DNA of 64,000 bases from a virus (Duplodnaviria > Caudoviricetes): IMG/VR virus record IMGVR_UViG_3300025141_009413, positions 494 to 64,493 of that record; one strand, given 5' to 3'. Every line of letters begins with the position of its first letter. The stretch's first letter is position 1. Below, one piece after another: positions 49,673 to 59,983 of this stretch. A model generated the notes under the pieces. It made no database searches. It was not told where the DNA came from and saw only the letters and a program-made list of their open reading frames with translations. A program made the position numbers and the translations under genes.

Positions 49673-50611
49673 ATGAAAAAAGTTTTAATCACCGGTGGAG
49701 CCGGATATATAGGAACAACGGTAATACCTGTGTTATTAGATAAAGGTTATGAAGTAACAGTATATGATTCATTGGCATATGATGGCAATGTATTAATACC
49801 ATATTTTCAACACAAGAATTTTCATTTTGTGAAAGGAGATATTTTAGAAGAATCAAAACTAAAATCAGCAGTTCGAGAAAAAGATATTATAATACATTTG
49901 GCAGCTGTAGTAGGCATGCATGCGTGTGAAAAGAACCCGGAACTGACAGAATTAGTAAACACTAGAGCAACTAAAAGTTTAGTGAATATGTTATCAGCAA
50001 AACAATTAATTATGTTTGGCTCGACAGGATCTAATTATGGAAAGGTTGATGGAATATGTACAGAAGAAACACCATTAAACCCAACGTCATTATATGCTTC
50101 TACAAAGACAGATGCAGAACGAGAGATAATGAGGCATAGTAATGCTATAGCATATAGGTTTGCAACAGCATATGGAGCCGCCCCAAGATTAAGATTAGAT
50201 TTGTTAGTTAATGATTTAACTTATTTAGCAACTACACAGAAGTATATGTTAGTATATCAACCTGAATTTATGAGAACATTTATTCATGTTAGAGATATTG
50301 CAAATTCATTTGTATTTGGAATTGAAAATGCAGATAAAATGAAAGGCGAAGTATATAATGTAGGTTCGAATAAGCTTAACTTCACTAAACGACAAGTATG
50401 TGAATTGATAGCACAAAAAACTAAATGTGTAGTTTATTATAATGATTTTGATAGTGATAAAGATCATAGAGATTATGAAGTATCATATGATAAAATAAGT
50501 AAATTGGGATTTGACACTACAATTAGCTTAGAAGAAGGTATTGATGAATTATTAAAAGTATATCAAACATTAAATTTAAAGGATAAAAGATATGTTAATG
50601 CAGGAGTGTAA
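49673..50611 (+). CDS. NAD-dependent sugar epimerase/dehydratase (SDR)
   Basis: ITGGAGYIG, HLAAVVG, YASTK, RTFIHVRD. Confidence 0.9.
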   Translation: MKKVLITGGAGYIGTTVIPVLLDKGYEVTVYDSLAYDGNVLIPYFQHKNFHFVKGDILEESKLKSAVREKDIIIHLAAVVGMHACEKNPELTELVNTRATKSLVNMLSAKQLIMFGSTGSNYGKVDGICTEETPLNPTSLYASTKTDAEREIMRHSNAIAYRFATAYGAAPRLRLDLLVNDLTYLATTQKYMLVYQPEFMRTFIHVRDIANSFVFGIENADKMKGEVYNVGSNKLNFTKRQVCELIAQKTKCVVYYNDFDSDKDHRDYEVSYDKISKLGFDTTISLEEGIDELLKVYQTLNLKDKRYVNAGV

Positions 50612-51782
50612 TAAAATTGATTGGCCATTAATGAAAGATTGTGTCACAGCTGATGATAAAGCAGCTATGATAAATTTCATCAGCACAGCAGGTAGATTTA
50701 CTAATGGACCAATGGTAAAGAAGTTTGAAAAAGAATGGTCTAAATGGTTAGGCTGTAAACATTCTTTATTTGTATCATCAGGTAGTACTGCAAATACATT
50801 ATTGGTTGCTAGTATAAAGGAACGTTATAATTTAAAAAATAAGGACAAGGTAATTGTTCCGTGTATGACTTGGGTAACAAATGTATCTCCAGTAATGCAA
50901 TTAGGATTCGAGCCTATTTTTTGTGATGTAGATAAGAAGACATTTAGTTTTGATTTAGATAATTTAAGAAAAATATCTAAAAAGTATCCGGATATTAAAG
51001 CAATATTTGTATCACATTTATTCGGTATTGCAGCTGATATAGATGCCTATAAAGAGATTTTTCCTGATGTAGTATTTATAGAAGATGTATGTGAATCTCA
51101 TGGTGCAACATATAAAGGCAAGAAATGTGGAACATTGTCCTCAGGGTCGACATTTAGTTTTTACTTCGGACATCATATGACTACTATCGAAGGCGGCTTT
51201 GTTTGTACTAATGATGATGAACTTTATAATATTATGAAGATGAAAAGAAGTCATGGAATGGCACGTGAGGCATCCCCGGAAGCATATGAACAATATAAAA
51301 TAGACAACCCAGACATCCATCCTCAGTTTATGTTTATGACTGACGGATATAATTTAAGGAGTATGGAAATTAATGCTGTTTTAGGGTCATCTCAATTAAT
51401 TAGATTAGATGATAATAATAAAACTAGGCGTGATAATTTTAATAGATTTATTAATATAGTATCTAAATTTAAAAATTATTTCCATGTTGATTATCAAGTA
51501 AAAGGAAATAGTAGTTTTTGTTTTCCATTTATATGTAAATCATCTAGTTTTAAGTCACAATTAGAAAGTTATTTAAGTGATAATGGAATTGAAACTAGAC
51601 CGTTATGTAGTGGTAATTTATTAAGACAACCTTTCTTAAAACGAGTAGGCACACCTGATCCATCAACATTTCCGAACGTAGAGTTTTTACATGAGAATGG
51701 ATTCTTTATTGGCAACAACCATATGGTTACAGATGATGAATTTATAGCATTAGAAAAATTATTAACAGAATTTTGTAAATGA
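50592..51782 (+). CDS. DegT-fold PLP enzyme, ColD/E1-type 3-dehydratase (His in place of the catalytic Lys)
   Basis: SSGSTAN, EDVCESHGA, FSFYFGHHMTTIEGG. Confidence 0.75.
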   Translation: MLMQECNKIDWPLMKDCVTADDKAAMINFISTAGRFTNGPMVKKFEKEWSKWLGCKHSLFVSSGSTANTLLVASIKERYNLKNKDKVIVPCMTWVTNVSPVMQLGFEPIFCDVDKKTFSFDLDNLRKISKKYPDIKAIFVSHLFGIAADIDAYKEIFPDVVFIEDVCESHGATYKGKKCGTLSSGSTFSFYFGHHMTTIEGGFVCTNDDELYNIMKMKRSHGMAREASPEAYEQYKIDNPDIHPQFMFMTDGYNLRSMEINAVLGSSQLIRLDDNNKTRRDNFNRFINIVSKFKNYFHVDYQVKGNSSFCFPFICKSSSFKSQLESYLSDNGIETRPLCSGNLLRQPFLKRVGTPDPSTFPNVEFLHENGFFIGNNHMVTDDEFIALEKLLTEFCK

Positions 51783-52249
51783 AAATAAAAGACGTAAAAA
51801 TAATAACACTGGATGTATTTACTGATTACCGAGGAGACATTTGTACATTGTGGAAAAAGGATAATAGGTATCCTGAATTTGTACATGATAAGATAGCAAC
51901 ATCTAGAAAAAATGTTATTCGAGGAATTCATGGCGACTTTAAATCTACTAAATTAGTTACATGTTTGTATGGCGAATTGTATTTTGTGGTTATAGATAAT
52001 AGACCTGATTCAGAAACATATATGCAATGGGATTCCATTATTTTAGATGATAGATCACGTAAACAAGTATTACTACCTCCTGGAGTAGGTAATGGATTTT
52101 GTGTATTAAGTCATAAATCAGTATTCCATTACAAATGGTCATATCCCGGAAAATATCCAGATGTAGAAGACCAATTTACTATAAAATGGAATAGGTTAAA
52201 TATTAATTGGCCAATTAATAACCCTATATTATCAAAAAGAGACAAATGA
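51779..52249 (+). CDS. rmlC: dTDP-4-dehydrorhamnose 3,5-epimerase-like
   Basis: DYRG, NVIRGIH, KLVTC..G, D.RPDSET, LPPGVGNGF, ILSKRD. Confidence 0.85.
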   Translation: MKIKDVKIITLDVFTDYRGDICTLWKKDNRYPEFVHDKIATSRKNVIRGIHGDFKSTKLVTCLYGELYFVVIDNRPDSETYMQWDSIILDDRSRKQVLLPPGVGNGFCVLSHKSVFHYKWSYPGKYPDVEDQFTIKWNRLNINWPINNPILSKRDK

Positions 52250-53178
52250 ATATAGCATTCTTTACAGAAATGAGTTTTACTGGTAAAATTACTCGAACAC
52301 ATGAAAATATGAGAACTGAGTTTGCATGGATGTGTGCACTAAATGCTGACCATTATCATATTAGTCTTGACCCTACTCCTATCAAAGATTATGATTTAGG
52401 AATAATCATTATACCAAAAAAGAATCCAGGATTTAATATAAATCTTATAAAGAAATTTTGTGATAAAGTAGCAGTGATGCAAGAAGGACCACATTGGTAT
52501 TTTCAAGATTATCCATTACCAGAACAGGTTTGGTATTATAATACATTGGTTGATGCTGATATTATTTTTACACATAACGAATGTGATCGTATTTATTATC
52601 AAGGATTAACTGACCATGACGATGTTAGAGTAATGAAATCATTAATGATAGATGATGCAGTAGGAAGGCTAGATGATGTTAAAAGAGCCGGCGTTATTAT
52701 AGGAGGAAATTTTGTCAATTGGTACGGTGGCTTTGATTCGTATATAGTAGCTAGAGACATAACTGAATCTGATGAACATGTTTTTGCTCCTAGTATGGGC
52801 AGGAAACAAGCAATGGAAGAAGATGTTGTTTCTCTTTTACCTTATATGAATTGGAAACAATGGATTCATAAATTAAATGAATTTAAAATAGGAATACATT
52901 TAATGAGAACACATGCCGCCGGAACATTTGCTCTTAATTGTGCTTATTTAGGAATTCCGTGTATTGGTTATGAAGGACTAGATACACAAATGATACTACA
53001 CCCAGATCTGACGGTCAAGATAGGAGATCTAGTAAGTGCAAAACAATTAGCCAAAAAGCTTAGGAAAGACGAAGAATTTTATTTATATTGTAGTAATAAG
53101 GCTAAAAATAATTATAAGGAATTATATCATGAAGATAAGTTTAATACAACCTTCAAGGAACAATTTAAAATATCTTAA
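52246..53178 (+). CDS. Putative GT-B glycosyltransferase
   Basis: C-terminal HAAGTFALNCAYLGIPCIG. Confidence 0.55.
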   Translation: MNIAFFTEMSFTGKITRTHENMRTEFAWMCALNADHYHISLDPTPIKDYDLGIIIIPKKNPGFNINLIKKFCDKVAVMQEGPHWYFQDYPLPEQVWYYNTLVDADIIFTHNECDRIYYQGLTDHDDVRVMKSLMIDDAVGRLDDVKRAGVIIGGNFVNWYGGFDSYIVARDITESDEHVFAPSMGRKQAMEEDVVSLLPYMNWKQWIHKLNEFKIGIHLMRTHAAGTFALNCAYLGIPCIGYEGLDTQMILHPDLTVKIGDLVSAKQLAKKLRKDEEFYLYCSNKAKNNYKELYHEDKFNTTFKEQFKIS

Positions 53179-54391
53179 ATGGTCTTACGATTCTATCAGA
53201 AAGAATCAAGGAGATCATGAAGTAGAAATCTGTGTAGCAGATGACTTTAGTGATAAAGATGGTACATGGGAATGGTGTCAAGAAAGAATGGAAAAAGATG
53301 TACATTTTAAAGCAATAAGAAATGAAGGACCAACTCGTTTAGGCCATACAATACTTTATGATACATTAGTTAATGAAGTAGCGACAAATGACATATGTAT
53401 GATTTATCATGCAGATATGTATTTATGTCCAGGTGCATTAGATGCAATTGAAAAACATATGTACGGAACTGCAGAAGAGCCTGTAGTAGAGAGTAGAATA
53501 GTATCACTTACTAGAATTGAACCACCATTACATCCAGATGGACCAGAAAAAGTATTGAGAGATTTTGGGATCGAACCTGAAGAGTTTAATGAAGAAGGAT
53601 TATTAAATGAAGTACAAGAATTAAAAGTGTTACATGAAAATGATCCTGGTACTACAGAAGGCATATTTGCACCCTGGGCATTTTGGAAAAAAGACTTTCA
53701 ACAAATAGGAGGACATGATCCTATATTTGCTCCACAATCAAAAGAAGACACAGACATATTTAATCGCTTCCATTTGAATGAAGTTGAGTTTGTTCAAACA
53801 TGGGAAGGATTTGTTTATCACATGACTTGTAGAGGAAGTAGATTTGCAGATGGCGCAAAGCGAAATCCAAACGGTGAAGTGTTTATGAAGAATAGAGAAA
53901 CAGATGAATGGTTAGCACAAAACCAAAAATCAACAAGAGAATTTATTCGTAAATGGGGCCATTACTGTAAACACGATAATTATCTAAAACCGATTGTACC
54001 CCCAAAATATAACATAGGTATTAGAGTTGAAAACTGTAGTCTACAATTACTAGAAGCACTTGAACCTTGGTGTGATCATATCTATATTAGTGATTATGAA
54101 TTTCTTTTAGACACCTACTTGAAAAAAGAAAAATCAAACACTTCATTTGATTTACTTAAAAGAGTTCATAGTCTTACGGATATCGATAGAAATGATTATG
54201 ATGATGTTCTAGTCGAGATCGACGGCAAAACATTTAGCAATGAATCTTTTAGACATATACAATACCTATCAGAAATATTAGCTAACGATGACCAACTCGA
54301 ACTAGGAACATTTGGATTAGGCGATATTAAAATTACAGTTAATAGTTTAGAAACATATGAAAAGGATTTAATAGTATGCAAAGAGCAGTAG
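53129..54391 (+). CDS. GT2 glycosyltransferase
   Basis: ISLIQPSRN, VADDFSD, HADM, GGHD...KEDTD, VYH. Confidence 0.85.
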   Translation: MKISLIQPSRNNLKYLKWSYDSIRKNQGDHEVEICVADDFSDKDGTWEWCQERMEKDVHFKAIRNEGPTRLGHTILYDTLVNEVATNDICMIYHADMYLCPGALDAIEKHMYGTAEEPVVESRIVSLTRIEPPLHPDGPEKVLRDFGIEPEEFNEEGLLNEVQELKVLHENDPGTTEGIFAPWAFWKKDFQQIGGHDPIFAPQSKEDTDIFNRFHLNEVEFVQTWEGFVYHMTCRGSRFADGAKRNPNGEVFMKNRETDEWLAQNQKSTREFIRKWGHYCKHDNYLKPIVPPKYNIGIRVENCSLQLLEALEPWCDHIYISDYEFLLDTYLKKEKSNTSFDLLKRVHSLTDIDRNDYDDVLVEIDGKTFSNESFRHIQYLSEILANDDQLELGTFGLGDIKITVNSLETYEKDLIVCKEQ

Positions 54392-55299
54392 TAACAGGCG
54401 GGGCTGGATTTATTGGTTCGAATTTAGTAGATAAATTAATAGAACAAGGTATAGAAGTAACTGTACTCGATGACCTGTCCACCGGAAAAAAAGAAAATAT
54501 TAACCCCAAGGCTAAATTTATTGAATGTGATATATCTACAGCTTCACAAACAGATTTAACATTTTATATTAATGGTGCTGATATTGTATTTCATACAGCA
54601 GCAAAAGCTAGAGTACAACCATCTATTGATGATCCTTTGACATTTAATAAGGCAAATGTAGATGGGACTTTAAATATGCTTTATGCATCATATAAAATGA
54701 AAGTTAGTAGATTTGTATACAGTGCTAGTAGTTCAGCATATGGAAATGCAAATAAATTTCCTACTCCCGAAGAACACTCTACTAATCCATTATCGCCTTA
54801 TGGTTTACAAAAATATATTGGTGAACAATATTGTAAAGTATTTAGCGAAGTATATGGTTTAGATACAGTATCATTAAGATATTTTAATGTGTATGGTAAT
54901 AGAATGTTACTAGAAGGAGCATATTGTTTAGTATTAGGTATATTTGCAAAACAATTGTTAGAAGGAACCCCATTAACTATAAATAATGATGGCGAACAAA
55001 GAAGAGATTTTACATATGTCGGCGATGTTGTCGATGCTAATATATTAGCAGCTACCAGAACAGAACAATTTAATGGAGATGTTTTTAATATAGGCAATGG
55101 AAAAAATTATTCTGTTAATGAAGTGGCAAAAATGTATGGTGGCAAAACTATAAAAGGCAAAGATGTATTAGAGCCGTTTCAGACATTAGCAGATAATTCA
55201 AAGGCAGGATTGATATTGAACTGGGAACCGAAAGGTGATTTGCCTACATGGATTAAACAATACAAAAAGGAACTAGATGAAGAAATATTACTTACATAA
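54376..55299 (+). CDS. NAD-dependent nucleotide-sugar 4-epimerase (GalE/WbpP-like)
   Basis: VTGGAGFIGS, SSSAYG, YGLQK, LRYFNVYG, RDFTYV. Confidence 0.9.
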   Translation: MQRAVVTGGAGFIGSNLVDKLIEQGIEVTVLDDLSTGKKENINPKAKFIECDISTASQTDLTFYINGADIVFHTAAKARVQPSIDDPLTFNKANVDGTLNMLYASYKMKVSRFVYSASSSAYGNANKFPTPEEHSTNPLSPYGLQKYIGEQYCKVFSEVYGLDTVSLRYFNVYGNRMLLEGAYCLVLGIFAKQLLEGTPLTINNDGEQRRDFTYVGDVVDANILAATRTEQFNGDVFNIGNGKNYSVNEVAKMYGGKTIKGKDVLEPFQTLADNSKAGLILNWEPKGDLPTWIKQYKKELDEEILLT

Positions 55300-55504
55300 C
55301 TATCCCAGAACCGATTTTTATTTATTAGGTAAAAAAGACGAATCCGGAAAATTCGAAGAAGGCCATGGACTGAAATTTATTAAAGAATATTTACGTGAAT
55401 ACCCATATTTATTATTAGAAATGAGTGTTGATTTATGTAACAGTCATGGGTTTTGTAGAAATATAAATTTTATAAAATTTTTAAATAATGAGACAAAACG
55501 ATAG
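55277..55504 (+). CDS. Hypothetical protein
   Basis: 75-aa ORF overlapping its neighbours. Confidence 0.45.
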   Translation: MKKYYLHNYPRTDFYLLGKKDESGKFEEGHGLKFIKEYLREYPYLLLEMSVDLCNSHGFCRNINFIKFLNNETKR

Positions 55505-55679
55505 AAAACAAACGTTATTAGAACACGTTGAATCAGAAATAAAAGAGTTAAAATATTCCATTAGCTGCGGTAATGATCCGATGAATGCTAGAAATCATAT
55601 GGATGGATGGACTTTGGCAGGTTTCAAGAAAAAACTTAAAACATTAAATCAAGTAAAAGAGATATTAAAAAATATTTGA
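55488..55679 (+). CDS. Hypothetical protein
   Basis: 63-aa ORF. Confidence 0.5.
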   Translation: MRQNDRKQTLLEHVESEIKELKYSISCGNDPMNARNHMDGWTLAGFKKKLKTLNQVKEILKNI

Positions 55680-55927
55680 TGCGTTACTATATATTATATC
55701 CTGGCGATACAGAAGAAGCAGTTATTAATGATATTAATCAACTGGGTGAAGATACTGGCTTCGGTGTATTTTGGGCAAATACTGGATTCATAATTTTAGA
55801 TAAAGCCGTATATGAAAACAATGGCATAGTTGAAGATTTTCGTATAATGACTGATCAAGGAAAAAATATATCAGTTGAAGATTTTCTCGATAACATTTCA
55901 AAACTTAAGGTAAGGATTCCGCAATAA
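55679..55927 (+). CDS. Hypothetical protein
   Basis: MRYYILYPGD...LGEDTGFGVFW; TGATG coupling. Confidence 0.55.
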   Translation: MRYYILYPGDTEEAVINDINQLGEDTGFGVFWANTGFIILDKAVYENNGIVEDFRIMTDQGKNISVEDFLDNISKLKVRIPQ

Positions 55928-56049
55928 TGGGAAAGATAGATATCAGGAAGCTCGATGACTACGAAGAGCTCCGTCCTAAACAAAAAATCAAAAAACGTAA
56001 GAGACATTTAGAGTCTAAAGATAATGATGACGTAGAAGCCAGTAAGTAG
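55927..56049 (+). CDS. Small basic protein (40 aa), not in the ORF track
   Basis: TAATG overlap; MGKIDIRKLDDYEELRPKQKIKKRKRH...ASK then stop. Confidence 0.5.
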   Translation: MGKIDIRKLDDYEELRPKQKIKKRKRHLESKDNDDVEASK

Positions 56050-56059
56050 ATTGTATTAC

Positions 56060-56067
56060 ATATTTAT
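56060..56067 (+). promoter_or_regulatory. Putative late promoter ATATTTAT (lysis/cargo operon)
   Basis: Intergenic copy upstream of the endolysin. Confidence 0.65.
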
Positions 56068-56102
56068 ATTAAACTAAAGTTAATGGTTTATAAGGAGTAA
56101 AT

Positions 56103-56897
56103 ATGAAAGCAATTAAAAGGGGAAGTAAGGGTGATAAGGTCAAACAAATCCAACAATCCCTAGGGATAAAAGCAGATGGTGATTTTGGCCCTGCTACTGA
56201 ATTAGCTGTTATGAAATTTCAAGGACAGAATGGTCTAACATCCGATGGAATTGTAGGACCTAATACATGGCCTAAATTAATAGACCCTAAACCTAAATAT
56301 TCTAAAATACAAATCAAATCAGCTGTATTATCAAAAGGCTATGATTGGTTTGAAGATGGAGATTATAATCTTAACATTGTAGGAGTTAGAAATTCAGCGA
56401 CAGCTGGTAGAGTAACTAATCATTATGATGATAATATGACTTTATCTTATAATGTCAACGGAACAGAAAAATTTCATTGTTGGCCTAATACAACAGACCC
56501 AGGAGAATATTGGATTGACCATCCTATGAATAAAGATGGTTGTGCTATACTAGTTCCTGGACAATACAAAGGAGTCTATAAAATAGATGGCCATGGCAAA
56601 TCTAGATATACAGCATTATGTCAACGACATGGAAAGGTAAGAGTATATAGAGATGGAAATAAAGATGACGTATATGATACTGATGAAGAAAGTATTACCG
56701 AAGGAAGGTATGGAATAAATATACATAGAAGTTCTGCATATAAAACCGGAACTTATATTAACAAATATTCAGCAGGTTGTCAAGTATTTGCTGATCCAGA
56801 TGATTTTGATGATTTTATGGACATTTGCCAAAAATCTAAAGACATATGGGGTAATGCCTTTACTTATACATTAATTGAAAGTAAAGACATAGTATAA
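56103..56897 (+). CDS. Endolysin: peptidoglycan-binding domain plus L,D-transpeptidase-like (YkuD-type) catalytic domain
   Basis: GSKGDKVKQIQ...DGDFGPATELAV..FQ...DGIVGPNTW; GINIH...SAGCQV. Confidence 0.8.
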   Translation: MKAIKRGSKGDKVKQIQQSLGIKADGDFGPATELAVMKFQGQNGLTSDGIVGPNTWPKLIDPKPKYSKIQIKSAVLSKGYDWFEDGDYNLNIVGVRNSATAGRVTNHYDDNMTLSYNVNGTEKFHCWPNTTDPGEYWIDHPMNKDGCAILVPGQYKGVYKIDGHGKSRYTALCQRHGKVRVYRDGNKDDVYDTDEESITEGRYGINIHRSSAYKTGTYINKYSAGCQVFADPDDFDDFMDICQKSKDIWGNAFTYTLIESKDIV

Positions 56898-56915
56898 TAA
56901 TTAAAAGGTTATGAC

Positions 56916-57194
56916 ATGGGAAAAAAGTTAAAAAATTATGTTTGGAGAAAACTAATGGCGTTTAGAGACATGTTTAAAGACAAAAATGATATTAATGAAA
57001 AGAGTGTTGTAGGATTTGCATCATTTGCAGTAATGGTAATATTTGCAGTGGCAGATATAGTTACTGGCTGGGTAGGAAATGACTTGGCAATAAACGAATT
57101 TATTTATAATTCATTTTTATGGATAACACTTGGTAGTTTCGGAATTGCAGAAGCCGGCAAGATATTTGGGAAAAAGGATGGCGGACAAGAATAG
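56916..57194 (+). CDS. Putative holin
   Basis: Two TM helices; directly after the endolysin. Confidence 0.55.
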   Translation: MGKKLKNYVWRKLMAFRDMFKDKNDINEKSVVGFASFAVMVIFAVADIVTGWVGNDLAINEFIYNSFLWITLGSFGIAEAGKIFGKKDGGQE

Positions 57195-57534
57195 GATTAC
57201 AGAGGATAAGGGATATTCTGAAGCAAGGAAACTCATAAACAAGTTGAGATCTCAGACTTATCGTAAACTTAATGATGATGAACTTTATGAATTCCGAAAG
57301 GAAATGATTGATCATTTGGGCGGAGTATTAAAGGAATCTGTGAAAGAAGGATTCTTCGACAGGAAACGCAGTAAGAAGGATGTTGAGGATATTCTTAACA
57401 AATTAAAGATACATTTTCAAATAGCTTATGAATCCGGATTAGAAGCCCTAGGATCGTATAAAGATTTTGATAAAGAGTTTTGGAAAGGCCACAAAAGAGA
57501 TTTAATGTCGGCTATAGAAAAGGCGATAAAATGA
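57178..57534 (+). CDS. Hypothetical two-module protein with an LKESVKE linker
   Basis: ATG at 57178 with AAGG; MADKNRITE...VLKESVKEG. Confidence 0.5.
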   Translation: MADKNRITEDKGYSEARKLINKLRSQTYRKLNDDELYEFRKEMIDHLGGVLKESVKEGFFDRKRSKKDVEDILNKLKIHFQIAYESGLEALGSYKDFDKEFWKGHKRDLMSAIEKAIK

Positions 57535-57743
57535 TTAAATTAAAAGATTTATTATTAGAATTATCCAATGATGAGGTCAAGTCATGGGCATTAGACGCTG
57601 ACATTTATGAAAAAATATTCCGAAAAATAAAAGATAAAAGAAAATTAGATGTCATTCGTAAAAAATTATTAAAAGTCATTAAGAATAGAAGAAGACAAAA
57701 GTCCGTTGAATATTTTTATGATTATAGATTAAAACAGCTATGA
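57531..57743 (+). CDS. MIKLK-leader putative cargo protein
   Basis: MIKLKDLLLE at 57531; ATGA overlap. Confidence 0.6.
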   Translation: MIKLKDLLLELSNDEVKSWALDADIYEKIFRKIKDKRKLDVIRKKLLKVIKNRRRQKSVEYFYDYRLKQL

Positions 57744-58264
57744 TTAAACTTAAAAACATATTACATGAAGGCAGATCATTATACGTATTTGATTTTGATG
57801 ATACATTGGCTAGGACTGAGGCATATATTTATGTTACAAAAAAAGATGGAACTGAATTAACATTAGACCCTGCAGAGTATGCAAAATATAAAGAGCGACC
57901 AGGAGACCAATTCGACTTCAGAGATTTTAATAAAATGTTAAAGAACCCAGTTGCAATAAAAGATAATATGAGAGATTTAAAAAATGCATTATCAAATCCT
58001 CAAAACAAAGTAACAGTATTAACGGCAAGGGGACTTGCATTTCCATTACGATATTATTTTAAAAAGCAACATAACATTAGACCTTATGTAGTCGGAGTTG
58101 CATCAGCAGATCCTAAAAAGAAATCTGATTGGATTGAAAAACATATTAAAAAAGGTTATACGACCATTTACTTTGCCGATGATTCTTCGAAGAATATCAG
58201 AGCTGTTAATGCATTAAAAAGAAAATATCCTAACGTGAAAATTAAAACTAAGCTAGTAAAATGA
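57740..58264 (+). CDS. HAD-family phosphatase with MIKLK leader
   Basis: MIKLKNILHE, then VFDFDDTL, VLTAR, K, FADDS. Confidence 0.75.
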   Translation: MIKLKNILHEGRSLYVFDFDDTLARTEAYIYVTKKDGTELTLDPAEYAKYKERPGDQFDFRDFNKMLKNPVAIKDNMRDLKNALSNPQNKVTVLTARGLAFPLRYYFKKQHNIRPYVVGVASADPKKKSDWIEKHIKKGYTTIYFADDSSKNIRAVNALKRKYPNVKIKTKLVK

Positions 58265-59058
58265 TCAAGTTAAAAAATATTATATCAGAAAATATTAAAG
58301 TGTTAGGTTATATAAGACCGGCAGATTCTTTTCATACATTGAATGAATGGAGACAAGTTGTTGAACAATTTTTAAAATTACAACGAGCAGGGTATGATAC
58401 TAGAGGAGGCAAAATACCATCCAATCCAGAATTGATTAAATTGATTACTGAATATTTTGGGTATCAATTACATGTAGAGACTCAACGTTACGACCTATTA
58501 ACAGTTAAGAATATACTTGATTTTATTGAAGACTTTGTAAATCATCGGTTTTGGTCAATTGATGAAGAATACGGAAAATACTTTCCAGATATATACGGAT
58601 TAAAGTTTGCATATTTTTATTCACGTGGAGATATAGAACCTTATGTAATGTTAGATGATAACTATACAATGCAGTTATATAAATCTTTAGAGAATCCAAA
58701 AAAGGTTATGCATTATACAACCGCTAATGGAGTTAAACGATTACAATCCATAATATCATCTGGCAATTCAGCTGATATATCAGCATTTACTGTAACCAGC
58801 CGGCCATTCTTTCGTAAACAATCTAATTTAGTTGTAGAAATGATTGGTAATGTAAGGGCAGGATTTAAAAGTGATATCAAATCTTATGCATTAGATAATG
58901 GCAAAAGAGCATGTAATTTATATAGATTAGGATATCCAAGTGATACCGGAAATAATATTTGTTATGAATTGGATTCGTGTGATGGTTCTGTTGCCACATC
59001 ATTATGGAATGAGTATATTGTTACTCCAGTGCAAATATTAAATATTGGAAATGTATAA
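58261..59058 (+). CDS. MIKLK-leader protein, possible ADP-ribosyltransferase fold
   Basis: MIKLKNIISE; HYTT...ISAFT...NEYIV pattern. Confidence 0.4.
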   Translation: MIKLKNIISENIKVLGYIRPADSFHTLNEWRQVVEQFLKLQRAGYDTRGGKIPSNPELIKLITEYFGYQLHVETQRYDLLTVKNILDFIEDFVNHRFWSIDEEYGKYFPDIYGLKFAYFYSRGDIEPYVMLDDNYTMQLYKSLENPKKVMHYTTANGVKRLQSIISSGNSADISAFTVTSRPFFRKQSNLVVEMIGNVRAGFKSDIKSYALDNGKRACNLYRLGYPSDTGNNICYELDSCDGSVATSLWNEYIVTPVQILNIGNV

Positions 59059-59636
59059 TGAAACTAAAAGATATATTAAATGAAAAAGAATTTCCAAAGG
59101 GAAGATATGTATCAATAGGCACTAGTGATATTGCAGCCCATAAACAAGAATTATTTAATCTCATCCAAACAGCATATGCATCAATCGGCGGACATTTAAA
59201 ATTCAAATCTGCAGATGATGTAAAAGACCCGGCCTTAAAATATTGGATGGCAGCAGATATAGATAAAGACCCAGAAATTGATGTTGTTTATTTTGGTAAA
59301 AAGACTCCATTTGGAATTAAACATACTGGCATCGGCCATGACGGTGAGAAGCCTAACATTAAAAATTTATTAATACGTAAATCAAAAGAATTGAGAACAC
59401 CGGGTAATTATGTTGAGATAAGTGGAGGAGCATTTGATTCGTTTGTTAAAAAAGGCAATGTACCTGTTGTTGAAGATGAAGAATTAGTAAGAAAAGTATT
59501 AGGACCAAAGAGATCATCACAAACCACATGGCATGGTCAACACCCAAAAGATAGTTCAAAGACAGGCAATGGTTGGTACTCTAGAATAATTGGAAGTAAA
59601 ACAACTACAAAGATAATGGCCGGACTTCCAAAATAG
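59058..59636 (+). CDS. MKLK-leader hypothetical protein
   Basis: MKLKDILNE; AYASIGG...GIGHDG...YVEISG. Confidence 0.6.
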   Translation: MKLKDILNEKEFPKGRYVSIGTSDIAAHKQELFNLIQTAYASIGGHLKFKSADDVKDPALKYWMAADIDKDPEIDVVYFGKKTPFGIKHTGIGHDGEKPNIKNLLIRKSKELRTPGNYVEISGGAFDSFVKKGNVPVVEDEELVRKVLGPKRSSQTTWHGQHPKDSSKTGNGWYSRIIGSKTTTKIMAGLPK

Positions 59637-59640
59637 TTGA

Positions 59641-59648
59641 ATATTTAT
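59641..59648 (+). promoter_or_regulatory. Putative late promoter ATATTTAT
   Basis: Intergenic copy. Confidence 0.55.
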
Positions 59649-59665
59649 TATAGAGGTAAAAGATA

Positions 59666-59983
59666 ATGGCAAAAGAATTAAATGAAAATACAGGATTTAA
59701 AATAAGCATAAAAACCCTTATTGCTATTGCAGTAGGTATAACTACTATAGTTAGTTTCTGGTTTGTGTTTCAGAGTGATTTAGATGTGATGAGATATGAC
59801 ATTGAAGAAGCTAAAGAATTACCTCTGCCTGTTATTGAAAGGGTGGAATATGATCTAAAGGATCAACTGATTCGTCAAACAATTATGGACACTCAAGATG
59901 ATGTAGAGGATATTAAAACTAAATTAGATAAGATTGATGATCACTTAATAGGGAGTCATCGTAATGCTGATGAAGATGAGTAA
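59666..59983 (+). CDS. Membrane-anchored coiled-coil protein
   Basis: One TM helix followed by a coiled coil. Confidence 0.6.
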   Translation: MAKELNENTGFKISIKTLIAIAVGITTIVSFWFVFQSDLDVMRYDIEEAKELPLPVIERVEYDLKDQLIRQTIMDTQDDVEDIKTKLDKIDDHLIGSHRNADEDE

